A stretch of DNA of 64,000 nucleotides from Nemertoderma westbladi (GCA_032718475.1 JAUCBJ010006962.1:151976-215975); one strand, 5' to 3'; counted from the first letter of the stretch, positions 38,930 through 52,963 are shown. Numbers and translations are program-made. Notes: a model not told the origin generated them from the letters alone.

Positions 38930-41368
38930 ATGAGTGTCTCAGACAAGGAGGCACTAGAGGACAGCTATGAGAAGGCGGCTGGACCGCCGACTGACGATAG
39001 CGTTAATATTACTGTTGACGACAATGCCGACTATGACGACGCAGCGAGCGATGCTGACGTAAGTGAACAGGAGGACGAGACAGTAACTAGTGAGGAAGAA
39101 CAACAACCTCAAGTAATAGTATTAGGATCCCCTACCGCTACTGTAAGGAAGGATTGTACAGCAACCCAACCAGAGGTGAGTGATAGGGAGGGTAGTGTAG
39201 CAGAAGCGAGAGCCCGGAGCCCGGTTTCCAGACCTGTGGGTATGGTAAGTGCCGTGGTCCCAGCGGCTGTTAGGAGTACCCGTAGTTCCCGAAACAATCC
39301 TTCAAGTCCACCAAGTGTGAGTCAGGTAAGCGAGAGAGAACTTGACATCGCGATAAAGAAGAAACTTCGCGCGCATGCCGGACATATAACTCGGACAACG
39401 GACAAGGTAAGGAAGATGTTAGCTGACGCAGGTAACATCGGAAGGGAAGGGTTAGTAGAGATTAGAAAGGGATATAACTCAGCGTTATTTAAGCAGACGG
39501 AGGAGCTTGCAGTCCTAGCGAAGAGAGCAGTGGAGTCTCAGTCGAGCGACGTGGCGACGAGGGTTTATGATAGGGTTTTAGCAGCCCTGTTGGAGCACCT
39601 CGCTTTATCGGAGCGATTCCGACGAGTTAGGACGGAAAACTGGCTGCTATGGGCATCACAAGCGCAGGCGAATCAGGTGAGTGACGCAGAGTTGAGAGAT
39701 TTAGAGGAGCGAGAAGAAATCCAAGATAAGGAAGAGCGCCGTTATCAGAGGGAAGTTACTAGCTGGCTGATGCAGAGCGGAGTGGTGGTACCAGGCCAGG
39801 TGCTACCGACGACGGAGAACATCCAACAGAGGACTTTGACTCCACCCGACGACGCATCCAGAGACAGTGGTGATTCTCAGGTTAGTCACGCGCGAGGGAA
39901 GGTTATATGTGCTAGATCCCTTGTTTCTCACAACTCGGCGGAAGAGAGAAGACTCCGACTGGACGAACAACAGGCTGAAGTTTTGCGTGAATCGGAAGCA
40001 CGGAAGGAAGCCGAACGGGAACGGGAGCGCACACGTAAGTTAGACGCGAAGTTGCGCGAGTTGGAAGAAAAGGGTAAGCGTGAGCGAGCGGAACGCGAAC
40101 AGAAGGAACGCGAACTCCAACTCGAACGCGAACGCAAGGAACGCGAACTCCAACTCGAACGCGAACGCAAGGAACGCGAACTCCAGCTCGAATGCGAACA
40201 GAAAGAACGCGAACTCCAGCTCGAACGCGAACAGAAGAAACGCGAACTCGAACTTGAACGCGAACGCAAGGAACGCAAACTTGAGATCGAGAAAGAGCGA
40301 CAAGCGTTGTATGAAGAGAAGGCGCGTGTGGAAGAAGAGAGTGCAGCGAGACGAGCGAGGGAAGAAGAAGAACGTAAACTGGCACAGTTGGAAAGTGCGA
40401 GATTAAATTTAGAGAGCGAAGAACGGTCCAGGAAGGCGAATGAAATCGCCGAGAAAGGGATGCGAATGATCGAAGAATGTGGGGCGAGTGTAGGGACTGA
40501 GTTGCGAGAACTGTTTGCACTGCAGAAGGCCGAACAGGAAGCGAGAACTCCGACCATACGCGAGTCGACGACGACCAGAATTCCTATACCCGGTCCAGCT
40601 ATTACGAGTACACGGATCGCTAAACCGTTTTCTACATATCGCACGCCAGTTGGTATTAGTGCTTCACCCATCGCGCAGAATCCACGTCATCAGAACACCG
40701 CACCACTACATACTGAACGAGACGATGAAGAGTTTAGAGGAGAAACTCCGACGGGCCGAGTATTTGGCGAACCGAACCCGCGGGTTTGGAATATGCGGAC
40801 GGAACGCCGACCCAGTTCGACGGAGAACTTCCGGGTTAAACCGGAAGAGGGATCATATGAGAGACAGCGGATTACTCAGATAGAGCCGACTATACAACAG
40901 AACCCTAGCCAGGAATTTATTACGAGGGATGAGTTAAGTGCTAGTCTAGCGCAAGCTATATCACCGCACATCCAACCTATAACGGACATGCTTAGTAACC
41001 TACAGTTAAAGGAAGCAACCCAGGTAAGAAGTAATTCAAATCCTAGCAGGCCTGAGTTAGATAAAGTCCAACCTAGTCAACGAGTACGTATATCAGAGGC
41101 AACTATACATAGACCTCAGGTAAGGACGCCTGTCCCGACTATCCATAATCCCAATTTCGAAAATTCGGCAGAAAAGTTTATTCAGGAAGCTTGGGTCAGG
41201 GCTTTGGCGCGCAAACCAACGCGAGCGCTAAGGACTGACACAGAATCAAGTGATGAAGAGGAAGAAATGAGACGTCAGAAGTCCCAAAACTATAAGGAAA
41301 GAAGGACCGACGCGGAGCAGGTAAGTTGGAACCACCGGGAAAGGACCAGACTTAACAACCCTGCGTAA
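38930..41368 (+). CDS. gag: Gag N-terminal region (acidic N-terminus, long coiled coil); in frame with the downstream gag-pol
   Basis: 812 aa with ERERKERELQL repeats. A single in-frame TAA separates it from 41378. Confidence 0.8.
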   Translation: MSVSDKEALEDSYEKAAGPPTDDSVNITVDDNADYDDAASDADVSEQEDETVTSEEEQQPQVIVLGSPTATVRKDCTATQPEVSDREGSVAEARARSPVSRPVGMVSAVVPAAVRSTRSSRNNPSSPPSVSQVSERELDIAIKKKLRAHAGHITRTTDKVRKMLADAGNIGREGLVEIRKGYNSALFKQTEELAVLAKRAVESQSSDVATRVYDRVLAALLEHLALSERFRRVRTENWLLWASQAQANQVSDAELRDLEEREEIQDKEERRYQREVTSWLMQSGVVVPGQVLPTTENIQQRTLTPPDDASRDSGDSQVSHARGKVICARSLVSHNSAEERRLRLDEQQAEVLRESEARKEAERERERTRKLDAKLRELEEKGKRERAEREQKERELQLERERKERELQLERERKERELQLECEQKERELQLEREQKKRELELERERKERKLEIEKERQALYEEKARVEEESAARRAREEEERKLAQLESARLNLESEERSRKANEIAEKGMRMIEECGASVGTELRELFALQKAEQEARTPTIRESTTTRIPIPGPAITSTRIAKPFSTYRTPVGISASPIAQNPRHQNTAPLHTERDDEEFRGETPTGRVFGEPNPRVWNMRTERRPSSTENFRVKPEEGSYERQRITQIEPTIQQNPSQEFITRDELSASLAQAISPHIQPITDMLSNLQLKEATQVRSNSNPSRPELDKVQPSQRVRISEATIHRPQVRTPVPTIHNPNFENSAEKFIQEAWVRALARKPTRALRTDTESSDEEEEMRRQKSQNYKERRTDAEQVSWNHRERTRLNNPA
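40090..40290 (+). repeat. 33-bp coding tandem repeat (ERERKERELQL) x ~5-6
   Basis: GAACGCGAACTCCAACTCGAACGCGAACGCAAG units. Confidence 0.9.
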
Positions 41369-41377
41369 CTAAACCAT

Positions 41378-44300
41378 TTGTTAACCCTGAACGACGCAAC
41401 CCTTAGGGACATAGGTAAGTTTGCTGCTAGGCAAGGACTGCCAACGCAACAACCCCAGAAGTTTATGGGTAACCACAAGCACTGGAGGACATTCAAAACC
41501 TATGTCGACGAGCAGCTAACCAACAGCACCTTTACTCCCAACGAGAAGTTCAACTATTTGCTTCAGATGCTCCATCGAGAACCTAGAGCCATTGCTGACA
41601 ACTTCGTCGGCAATGAAAGGGCATTTGAGTTGGCAATGAAGACACTTAGCGACATCTACGGGAATAAAACCAAGATGGCACAGTCAATAGTAGAAGACTT
41701 GGGTAAGGGCGGAAGGATTACAACTCCGTTAGAGCTGTTGAACTTAGTGAACGCTATTTCGAACGCATTGGACATCTTGAAGACGGTGAATCTACCTCAT
41801 CATGGTGATCACGCCGAAGTTTTAAAGAGCGTAATAAGACGTTTAAACATGCGTTACAGACAGAAATGGCACAAATTAGAGAATAAGTTGGAGGGTCAAG
41901 GTAAGGTGTTGACACTTCAGCATATTCATGACATGATAGCCACAGACGCAGTAGCAGAGATGAAATCAAACTTCTCAGAGGAGAATATGAGGGAGTCTAA
42001 ACCTGTTACCGGTAAGTCTATGGTAAGTTTTGACGATGACAGGACCACTGTGACATTTAACTCAGTAGACAGATATAATTCGAGTACCCCAGCCTTTAGA
42101 TCAGACTCGCGAGTATGGTCAGGTGAGCGGTTAGATAGACCTAGGTTAAAGCAACAGGAGTTGCCGGGTGGATTTGTAGGTTGCCAATACTGTTTACTAA
42201 AGGAGGTAAGATCTGACGACCATAAGTTAGATAGTTGCAGACGGTTCAAAGAATTAAATTCGGAACAGAGAAGAGTTCAAGTGCGGACGTTGGACACCTG
42301 TTGGGCATGTCTTGCGCCAGGTCATGTACGGCGGCAGTGCCCGAACAGCAAGGACGGATGCATGGAATGCGGCATACTACATCACAAGTTGCTACATGCG
42401 GATTTCCACACCCCAACGGACCGTTACTTACAGCGAAATCCTCACAGGAAGGGGAGCAAAGAACCCGTATCGATAAGGAGAAATACGTTCACCGGCATTC
42501 AGGACGATGGTTATCAACCAGGTTCGTCGGATGAGGATGGCGAGTCGAGCGCAAGAGAGGTGACCTGCCAAGGTTTCACTGCGGATAGTTCATCGACCAG
42601 CGCACGGACGTATTTATCATCGGCCACGTCGGAAATATTTAGCGTGACTCCGGTGAAACTTACTGGAGATAAGGGATCGAAACGAATATATGTGATGTTG
42701 GACACTGCGTCCACATTATCTTATATCGACGAAGAAGTGGCGAGAGCCGTTTCTAGCTTCCAGGACGCCGAGGAAATCCAAATAGAGTTAAAGTCTATGC
42801 ACGGGGTAGGTGACCTCAAGGGACACAGGATATCTGTAGAACTAGATTCCCTACTGCCGAGAGACCAGCATACTCGACAAGAACGAAGAGCCCTGCCATT
42901 AGACGGATTCAAGTGTCTAGCTATGAAGGGATTCGGCAGGCAGTTAGGTAAGGTGCCGCCGATGAGTCCCATAGCACAGGAGTATTTTGACAAGCTCAGG
43001 ATACCCAGACACCAGGTAGGTTATAGGATTGTTTCTATGTTGATTGGTGCAGAACAGCTGATCGCACACCAGATATGGGAAACGAGACCAGCTGAGCCGC
43101 ATGTCAATGGACCACATGCCCATAGGACTATACTAGGTTGGTATACAAGAGTACCCATGTCTTATGAGTTTACAGGTGGCGACAAGCCAATAGATAGATA
43201 CGACGAATTACAGCCAATAACTCAACCACCGTTAGTAGAACCACCAGACATAGACGAGTTTAGGAGAACCTGTATTGACCATTATAGTGACTTTAGCGAG
43301 TCGGACGAGGAGTTGATTCCCGATAATGTTAGGTTGTCGGAACCACTTCACAACGACCGGGCAGATAGTGAACCCGAGGACTACTGTTATCAGTCCCGTG
43401 GGTCTGGTTCAGCGGCCCACGCTACCTATTTGAGTAACGTTTTGACTTATACCAACATAGTGGAGGGTCAAGTGGCTAAATATCGAGACCTAGACATTTT
43501 CCAATACTGTGAGGAGGAATTGCAGAAGGAATTGATACGCCAGGACCTCGAGACAGGAGCCAGAACCGTCGAATGGCTGGATAGGGACGCAATGGAACCC
43601 GGTGGATATGACCTAACCATGTCTACTGACGAGAAGCGGTCACTGGAGATGATGGAAGACACCATACGTCTGCTGCCGACTGGACATTTTGAAGTTGGAA
43701 TGTTGTGGCGTCGACAACCTCCTAAGTTGGAGAACAACTACAACTTAGCCTTGAAAGGATTGAACGGAGTAAGGGCTTGGTTGTTAAGGAATCCGGACAT
43801 TAGGGAGAAGTATTGCGCTCAGATAAACAACTATTTTGCCAAGGGATTTGCTGGGAAGGTAGAGGACCCTGACTTAGTGACAGACCAGACTTATTACATC
43901 CCACACCACTATGTGACTCACCCTGACAAGCCAGACAAAGTCCGAGTAGTCAACGACTGCGCAGCAGTCTATAGAGGTATGTCCCTGAATTCAGAGTTGA
44001 TGGATGGTCCCAACCTGAACAATTATTTGATTGGAATACTGTTACGTTTTAGACAGCAGCGATTCGCATTTACTTGTGACATCGAGGCGATGTTCCACCA
44101 GGTAAGAGCCTGTAAGGCAGACCAGGATAGCCTTCGATTTCTCTGGTACGAGAATGAAGACTTATCCGGCCCAGTGGTTACATACCAGATGTACGTTAGG
44201 ATATTTGGTGCCCGCGATAGTCCAAATGGCACGCTGTTTGTTCTAAAGAAAACGGCAACAGCCCAGATTGGTAAGTATCCAGTAGAAGTCATCGAGTCCA

Positions 44301-47285
44301 TCTTGAGAAACTTCTATATGGACGACGGATTGGTGTCCAAGGACACAGCGGAACAAGCCATAGAAGTGGCTCACGGCCTACAGGAGTGCTTGGCTACAGG
44401 GGGATTTCCTCTGACCAAGTTCACTACGAACTCGGAGGCCCTATTAGAGTCGTTCCCGGTAAAAGATCGCGGGAGCGGAGACATTGAATTGGGGGTAGAA
44501 CCAATCCCCATGGCGCTAGTACTGGGACTCGCTTGGAATCCGAACACAGACAAGTTCCAGGTAAGAGTTAGATTTGAGCCCAGTAGCCCAGACAAAGTTT
44601 TGACTAAGAGAATTTGCTTATCGACATTGAGTAGACTATTTCACCCGATGAACTTTATCAGTCCGGTAATATTACAGGCACGAGCGTGCATGAAGAAAAT
44701 TTGGTTGTCCGACCTAGAGTGGGACGAACCAATATCTCCTATACATGCAAAGCAGTGGAGAGAGTGGGAAGCCGAGTTACATCTATTGAAAAACATAGAT
44801 GTACCCCGCTCCTACTTTCCGAATCAGCTGGTATTCCCAGCTGATCTCGAACTCCACCTATTTAGTGACGCAAGTGACACCGGCTTTGGCATGGTAGCCT
44901 ACCTTCGCCGAGAGGTAAGTCAGGACAAGTTTGAAACGGCTTTTGTGACTTCTAGATCAAAGACAATGCCGGTCAAATACATAACTGTCCCTCGTGCAGA
45001 GTTACAGGCGGCAGTAGTTTCAGTCGAGGTAAGTAAGCAGATAATTGAGGAATTAGACACAACATTGACCTTATTCTATTGGACGGACGCATCCTTAGTG
45101 TTAGTATACATTGCGGCCGACAATATTGCACTAAAGACATTTGTGGCCAACAGACGCACTCAGATCGTCGATTTTTCGACGAAGGAACAATGGAGACATT
45201 TACCGGGAGTGTTGAACCCGGCCGACATAACTTCGAGAGGTGCAATGCCGGCGGAATTCTGTCAGGAAGAGTCGCAGGAGTTTTGGTTGCATGGACCTGA
45301 TTTTCTAACAAGGACACAGGAACATTGGCCAGAGCGACTAAAGATAGTGACCAATCCGATGCCTGAAGATGCTGGAGGTGGAGAAAGTCTCTAAGTCCAA
45401 GTCTAAAGCCAAACTCAAGTCATTGGAGCGGCCTGAAGAGTCATTGGAGCGGCCTGAAGAGTCATTGGAGCGGCCCGGAGACCTGTCAGACCAACAGACT
45501 TACGTGACTACTAGGTCCGGAAGGGTAAGTTATGACGTAAAACCACCCTTACAGACTAAACCAGGGTCACGGTTGGTAAGTGACAGACAGAAAATGACCG
45601 ACACAATGGAGCCTTTGGTTTCCAAACCTGCGGGTTTGGATTCGAAACCTCCATCAATTAGCGGACAACCGTCGCTGGCATTAGAGCCATGTAGTATTTA
45701 TGACAAATTACTAAATTCGTCTGCCTCTTGGCTGACAATTTGTAAAAGAACTGCGTGGTTAAGCCAATACATTTCGTACCTTTGTATAAAACATTTGATA
45801 CATTTGGGAGAACAGACGAGCGCTAATAGTGAGTGAATTCGGAAATTGAAACAACCTCTGACAGAGGATGAGATTGATCAAGCGGAATTAAAGCATTTGA
45901 AGCACTATCAAATGTGTGCCTTCCCCAAAGAATTCCATCTATTATCGGCTCAACGACCAGTTCTCTATAAACCCCTTAGAAAATGGAGTCCATTAATCCA
46001 TAAGGGTTTAATTTGTCATAGATCGAGAATCCAGACTGTCGATATAAATTCACAGTTTCGGTTCCCAGTGATAATCCCTAGTCACCCAATAGAATTGCAA
46101 AGAGCGATTCTATGGGATATACACAAGAGGTTGCATCACGCGGGAAAGTTACACTGTTTGTCGGCAGCGAGACAGCGATTCATTCTATTGCAGCCAAGCA
46201 GGGCAGTAGGTACTATGTATGACGCCTGTCTGGTTTGCAAGAGGGTGAACGCCAGAGTATTGGAACAGGAGATGGCTGAACTCCCGGAAGCGAGAGTGCA
46301 GGCATATGACCCACCCTTTACAAAAACAGGGGTGGATTGTTTTGGTCCGATTGAGGCAAAGAGTGGATGGCTGACCCACAAGCGATGGGGTCTGCTACTG
46401 ACATGTATGGCTAGTAGAGCCATACATATTGAGCGTGTGGCAGACATGTCGACCAAATCTCTGCTCCTGGCCTTGAAGAGATTTATGGCCAGTAGAGGAC
46501 TAGTAAAGGCGTTCTACTCCGACGAGGGTACAAACTTTGTCGGGGGGAATAGCGAGTTAAACGCGGCTCATAGGGCGGCGCAGAATAAAGAAATTTCTGC
46601 AGCACTTTTGCCGCAGAGAATAGAATGGAGATTTAATACTCCAGAAAGTCCTTGGAGAGGAGGAAGTTGGGAGCGTTTGGTTCGCTCTGTAAAGCAGGCC
46701 ATTGCCAAGACGTTGCCTGTAAATAAACAACTTACCGACGACGAACTGGTCACAGCTTTCATTGAAATCGAGCATACCCTAAACTCGAGGCCGATAGCTA
46801 TGTTGCCAGACGGTGTTGCATTAACGCCGAATCATTTGCTAATGCAGAGTCCAGCATTTCTTGTGCCGGCATCAGAACCCATTAGTGCCGACCTATATAG
46901 TTGTAAGAGCTGGAAAATAACTCAATTTGTCACGTACACATTCTGGGAATATTGGCGGGAATACTATCTTCCCACCATATCTACCAGAACAAAGTGGTAC
47001 AAAACGGTTCGGAGTCTCCAAAGGGGAGATTACGTATTGATAACCGAGCCGATTGTCAAGAGAAAGTACTGGGAGACGGGAGTTATCTTGCACATACACC
47101 CAGACGTGCAAAACATAGTGCACACAGTCACTGTGAAAATTAGGTGCAAGTGTCCGCACCCAAAAAAGTGTAAAACTAATGGTTTACACACCTTGGACCG
47201 ACCGGTCCAAGATATCGTGTTATTAGAGGAGACACGCATCGAGACGGGAGATTATAATTTGTCTCCTGCCTCAAATAAAAATTAG
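41378..47285 (+). pseudogene. pol: BEL/Pao Gag-Pol (capsid region, three Zn fingers, protease, RT, RNase H, integrase) with a frameshift at ~45372 and a stop at 45834
   Basis: KFMGNHKHWRTF, CWACLAPGHVRRQC, CMECGILHHKLLH, MLDTAST, DIEAMFHQV, FYMDD, FSDASD, VPRAEL, DDE integrase. Confidence 0.95.
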
Positions 47286-48052
47286 TGTTGGATGCAACTC
47301 ACTTCGTATGCATTCCTCGTATGCAAATACTAGGAAATGCACAGGAGCGGGTTTGCGGTGATTTGCGTGAGAATTTGTCTGGTGGGTATCAAAACAAAAT
47401 TTTATTTTCAAAATTTTCAAAATTAGAAAATTTTAAAAAAAATTAGAAGTGAACCCAAGACAATTCCAGACGCTGTGTATAGACGCGTTTTAGAATTCGT
47501 CTATAGATATACAGTAATTTGAAAAGTCGTGAAGCCTGGAAAATAGCATTTAGAAACCATGGTGACGGCTATATTACGTAGGAGTGTAAATTGAGTTTAG
47601 CAACTTCCACAGATTGGTGCCAACAGTACAACTAGGGTGCTAAAGGTTAGTAGCATCAGGGCGTACACGGACCCCACTCAGTAGTTTGCAGTCAAGTGAG
47701 ATGTATGTTCGATTATCAAACCTGTGGGTTTGGTATAGTCGAACATTAAGACTATTGTCCTTTCTAACTACTGTAGTTTAGTACGAGTAATAGGAGTAGT
47801 TTGGGAATCAAAAAGTGAGTTGGTCACGGCCAGTTTATCTCCAAAGTTTTGCGCTATGCATGGGAATAGGTTGGAGGATAGTTAGGAATGAGACGGGATC
47901 TAGAGAGTCAAACCTGAACTGCTGTAAGGCGGGGGGGGGGGGGGGGGGGTTCAAGAGGTCTGTCCTTCGGCGACATCTAACTGATTTACCCACAGTGTAA
48001 TTAGTTACGTAATGGCACTTATTGGAATATATATGTATATACGCGGCGCATA

Positions 48053-51000
48053 ATGGAGAAGGAAATTAGAGCGCAACCGCGGAGAGGATTTACTGCTAGA
48101 GAGGAGGCGGAGTTACCATTCGGGCGACCGGGATGTAAAGATTCGAACGTTTACTACCATGGGAGGTCAGTGATGGAGCTAAATGGAAGGTATAAACCCG
48201 CGTATGATAAGGAGCTAAGGAGGGAAAGAATGAGAGCGTTGGGGGACCGTATGGAAGTTTTGCGGAGAGAGTATCGCACTCGGTATCCCTACGATTTCGC
48301 TTTAGACGTATGTGACATTAGTGCAGACCCGGATGAGGAGATCGCGCGGCTGTACCATATGAACATGTATTTACGATATGAAGAACCTCTACCTGCAGTC
48401 CGAGACCAGTTCGACGGAATGCATCTGTACAGGAGGAATCGAGGCGAGGATCAGGAGACGCCGAAAATCTTCAGCGTGTACAAGCTGTTTTACAAGTGTG
48501 GTGAATGCATGAACAAACAAGACGTGGCGATTCCCGACCGGCTGGACGAGCAACATCCTGAACCGATATTAACGCGATGTCAAGCTCACCAGTTCCTTAG
48601 ATATAACGAGGGAGGTTACCCAATGAGCAACCCGATGATCAGTATCGACTTCAGCGGAAAGCGACCTCCATGACCCATTACGCCGACCGTTATAACATTA
48701 GATCCGTATACGGAGATTAAACCCTGTTCGACACCCAGTTTGATAGAGACGGCAGCGGCCATTTCGCTGTACCGAGCCTATAAGGATCTAGAGGCGCGGC
48801 GCGAAGCAGCACGGGACTCGGGTACCAAACCCGCGGGTTTGGAGCTCTCGAGTCCCTGGACTACGTTTACTTCGCCTCACCGAGCGAGAAGCCTCACTCC
48901 TGAGCATCAGGACGACATAGACGCGTTGCGGCAGGAGGAGAGAGCGGCGAAGGCGAAAGAGTTATTCGAGAAGCGGATAGCGGAGTATAATAAGACCGCG
49001 GATAGACATCAAGAGGAGACTAGGAGAGTGACCGGATTTGTTCCACAGGCCGTATCTCAACCCCGACCGGTGTATTATTCCGACGGCAACGAACCTGCGA
49101 TATTGGTAGATCATCCGGAGTCGCGAGAAGCGATAAGATTCTTGCCGATGGTAAGGATGCCGGATCATTGGAACGTTGACTGTCTACGGGAAGTTTTATG
49201 CGCGAAGTTCTTGCGTGATGTCCCGATGCAGATCACGGATTATGACACACTGGACAAGATTGGAGCTCCGGAGAAGGAGAGCAAATTGTTTGGATGGTTA
49301 GATAAGTACATCAAAGTATGGGTCGCGGTGGCTACATTCCCAGACGACGAGGAGGTAGACCAGACGTGGCTGAGGAGGAAGGGTTCTTACACCCGATATG
49401 ATGACCACAAGGCTATCGAGCGCATGTGGACCCCATCAGACGAGATTCAGCGTCAGTGGAGGAAAACGGAGGAATCACTGCAGGATTGGAGGGTGATGTT
49501 CTACAACAATGAAGGAGGGTCCCATCAAGAATGTTTGACTAGCAAGTGCATTCAATCGCGCAGCCGATGGTGTGACTCATGTGTTTATGCGCGTGAGGGC
49601 GGATCGAGAGAGACCGGAGCCCATCATAACGACACAATATCGGAAGGGGAAGGATCCTAGGGAACAGATTTTGGAGGTATGCAGGCGAGGAGGTATGCAC
49701 GGAGCGGAGCGTATCGACGCCAGGATGCTACCCAAGAAGGTTAGAGAGGCTATTCTCAACCAAGATTACGTCAAGGTGGGATCAGGAGTCCAGAGCGATT
49801 TGGAGAGTGACTTCAACGCCATGACTGATTTGGAAGATAGATTGCCGAGACCGTTTGTCGTCACCAAGCTATTGTTGCTATGGGCTGGGCACAGCATATT
49901 GGAATTTATAGGGAGTATCCCAACTCTGCCAAGACTGGTATGGGCTTTATAGCACATTTGTTGTATAATTGGGACTTTAAGTTAAAGACGCAGAAGAAGT
50001 ACGAGGAGGCGTATGGTGAATACAACACGCCACTGGGAGCGGAGTTCAAATCCCACTTCAAGCGGCAAGCGTTAGTGTATTGGAACATTTGCGCGCCACC
50101 CCGTGCGTCGCTACAATATTATTTGGTGCTTGAGTCGAACACGGTAACTTGTTTATTAGCGGATATCGTTGCGCGAGTTTTGAAGCGTCATCCATTGGTA
50201 TTCGGAGGAGATCAATACATTCGCTCGAAAGGGGGAATCCAATCCGACGTGATGAAGCGTTTCTTAACCCCGTTCTTCAACCAATCGTTAGAAAATACGT
50301 CGATGGTTAGGAGAGGATTAGCGATATTCGAAGGAGTATATCGACAGAACATCGGAGATTTGGGAGACCGACCGTCGATGGAGTATCCGACGCCAGAGGC
50401 CTTGGAGAAGTGGTTCGGGAATCAAACCCGCGGGTTTGGTACTCTCTTCCACTCGGAGGCTGATAGACCCGTTAAGGAGGGTTGGCCGGAGACGTTAGTA
50501 GAGGTGTTCGGAGTAGATCTTCCGGTGGAGAAGACATATCCGAAACGAACGCGGGAGGAAATATTGGAGATAGAGGACAAGGGCGAGGATGTTTACTTTG
50601 TTCCGGATCGACAACTGCTGACTGGAGAGGACGACATCGTATTAGACATTGGGAAAGAATGAAGTGCGAAACCGATTGGAGACCTCATATACGAGAGGGC
50701 CTGGTTTCCACAAGCGCAGGTGTAAGTTGTGCGGCAGCACAAGGCACAATCAAAAATCGTGCGACGCGGTAGTAGAGGCGGCGCATAAGGTCTGCCTTTT
50801 GGTGCAATGAGACCGACCATTCGTTTCATACATGCACCGTCTTCATTTCTCAATGCGGATACTGTGGGGTAAAGGGACATCGCAGCGCGAGATGTCAGCT
50901 GCGAGATGATTCCTTCCAAAACCACAGCGCTAACCTACTTCGGGAGATGCTAGATAAGTGGGAGGGTGTGACCGACTACCACATCCAAGCGCAGATGCGT

Positions 51001-51762
51001 TGGTTACCATTTAAGGCGGGATACGGATTTTGGGCAGTAGACCCATCTCACGTTGCGTATGAGCCGTATCTACAGTCTTTGCCACAATATCAGGAGCTCA
51101 TCTTGACCGCTCAAGACCTTCCACAAAACACTGGAGTTATCGTAGTTCGAGAATACTTCAGACAGTTGAATATGGACAACAAGTACACTTGGAACTTTGT
51201 TGCTATTTGCGACCGGATCACGAAAGGTCTGTTTTCGGAAACTAGAAAGGTGGTACGCGCGCGAGGGGATTGGAGGATGGCGGCTATACAGTACCGCAAT
51301 GAGTTCTTGTTGACTCATGTACCAGTGGGGTCATTGACCGCTGAGAGGATACAGGAGCAGAGAATCGCAGCGACCACAGCGACAACCGCTGGAGCTCAAG
51401 GCTCGCGGAAAGAACCAGGAGGAGAGGTCCAAGACAAGCGTCAAGTCAAGGACGACCTCTATCACTCAATTATAGAGGCACAGCAGTTGCAGCGCCAGGC
51501 GCAGGGAGCGTCGGAGAAGGCACGCGTGCAACTGCAGAAGGAAGAGTTGGCGGAAGCGACCACAGCAGCACGACAATCGGGACGAGGCCGAGGTAGAAGT
51601 ACCAGCCGGGAATCTGTCGGGGCTCATGGAACATCGTCGCCGGTTCCAGGGAGTGACGCCTCACGGACGCCGTCAACAGAGTCAACTAGAGGAAGGTTGG
51701 TGTATCTGGGAAGAGGGCGAAAGAGGGTAGTGAGCCCAAAGAACCCAGGAGCGGGTCGGTAA
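48053..51762 (+). pseudogene. Extra ORF of element B (same gene as 3007-6665), disrupted
   Basis: ORF pieces highly similar to copy A, with lesions at different positions. Confidence 0.85.
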
Positions 51763-52258
51763 TGCATTTATAGCACGGGGCGACAGACTCTAGATATGTA
51801 CATCATCGTCGCTCTGATGTATATTGTAGCATTTGGATATATTCGACTAGACTCATATACACTAGTTGAACCGATTTTGAATTTATATTATGAGAGAGGC
51901 GAAGGAGGTGATTGGGGAGACAAACCTGCGGGTTTGGCTTACTCCTTTCACCTACCCTAGCAAAATTTTTTATATTTGATCTTGTATGTAGTAATCATTA
52001 TGTAAAAACGAACGAGAAACAATATTTTGTAAATTTAATTTGTATGTAATTATCGTTAAACAGTGAGAGCGATAATATTTCGTAAATTTAATTTGTATGC
52101 AATTCCATTATGCAATATCTATGGCAATATTTGTAAATAGTAGAATTTATAGTATCAAGTATTTTAGATTATTTGAAAGAAATTTATTTTGTTTGTATAC
52201 ATCACCTTATACTCTTCTACAGTTGGAGGGAAACATTGTATGATTTCCCTTGGAGCGG

Positions 52259-52963
52259 TGTTACGGTATATGGCGCTGTATCCACATTGTTAGCCGTTGT
52301 ACTGTATACACGATATTAGTTATTATGCAGAACACATTATTAGCCATTATACACTATAATATATTAGTCCGTTATACTGTACGCAATATTAGTCCGTCAT
52401 GCAGTATAATTATTTAGATAAGACATAAGCGCAGTGACATTTAGATAAGGAAATTGAAACGCCCATATATTTTGAACTCATCCGTTTTGTATAGTATGTA
52501 GCCCTACCTATGTAATTTTGTAATATGATATAAGTAGATAGTTCCAGGGTAGCAAGTTCAGTTGGACCCTGGATTTCGGGCTTGCTATTATTAGCCTTGA
52601 TGGGCTAGCTATCAAGGGGTTTGATTTCTTTATAATCGCGCTAAATTAACTTTTGTGCATCATGTTATTAGTGCCGCTAAATTAAGCATCGGCAAAATTA
52701 CCTTATATGGTGACGTTTTGTGGGTTTGGGGAGCAATAGGGCAACAATCCGGCTTTCTTATTGGACTAACTGCTTCCAGGTTGGTCTAATGCTAGCGCGG
52801 ATTGGAGAGCCAATGAGAGAGCGATTGCATCACCCTTCTCGGATCACCTATAATTTGGCGGTTTGCTGGTAGAGCGGTATCTATCTGTATATATTCCCCA
52901 CACAGCAACAACAGCAGCAACTCACTCAGACATATTTAGTGCCATTAAGTTTAGGAGTATTAT
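52259..52963 (+). repeat. 5' part of the 3' LTR of element B
   Basis: Follows GGAGCGG. Matches 35569-36274 until element C begins. Confidence 0.95.

Larger units (their letters stand above)
35569..52963 (+). mobile_element. BEL/Pao LTR retrotransposon, element B (near full length; 3' LTR interrupted by element C)
   Basis: LTR-gag-PR-RT-RH-IN-extra ORF-PPT-LTR. 5' flank is CATGG. Confidence 0.97.

Noticed and set aside
39912-40671. Long antisense and alternative-frame ORFs over gag
   Set aside because: By-products of the 33-bp coding repeat.
41366-41377. In-frame stop within gag of both B (TAA CTA) and C (TGA at 60559) as programmed readthrough
   Set aside because: The positions are not equivalent in the two families, and these copies contain several other CGA>TGA and CAA>TAA lesions, so decay is simpler. 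More copies are needed to decide.
48053-51762. Extra ORF as an envelope gene
   Set aside because: No signal peptide, transmembrane anchor or Cys-rich ectodomain pattern is visible.
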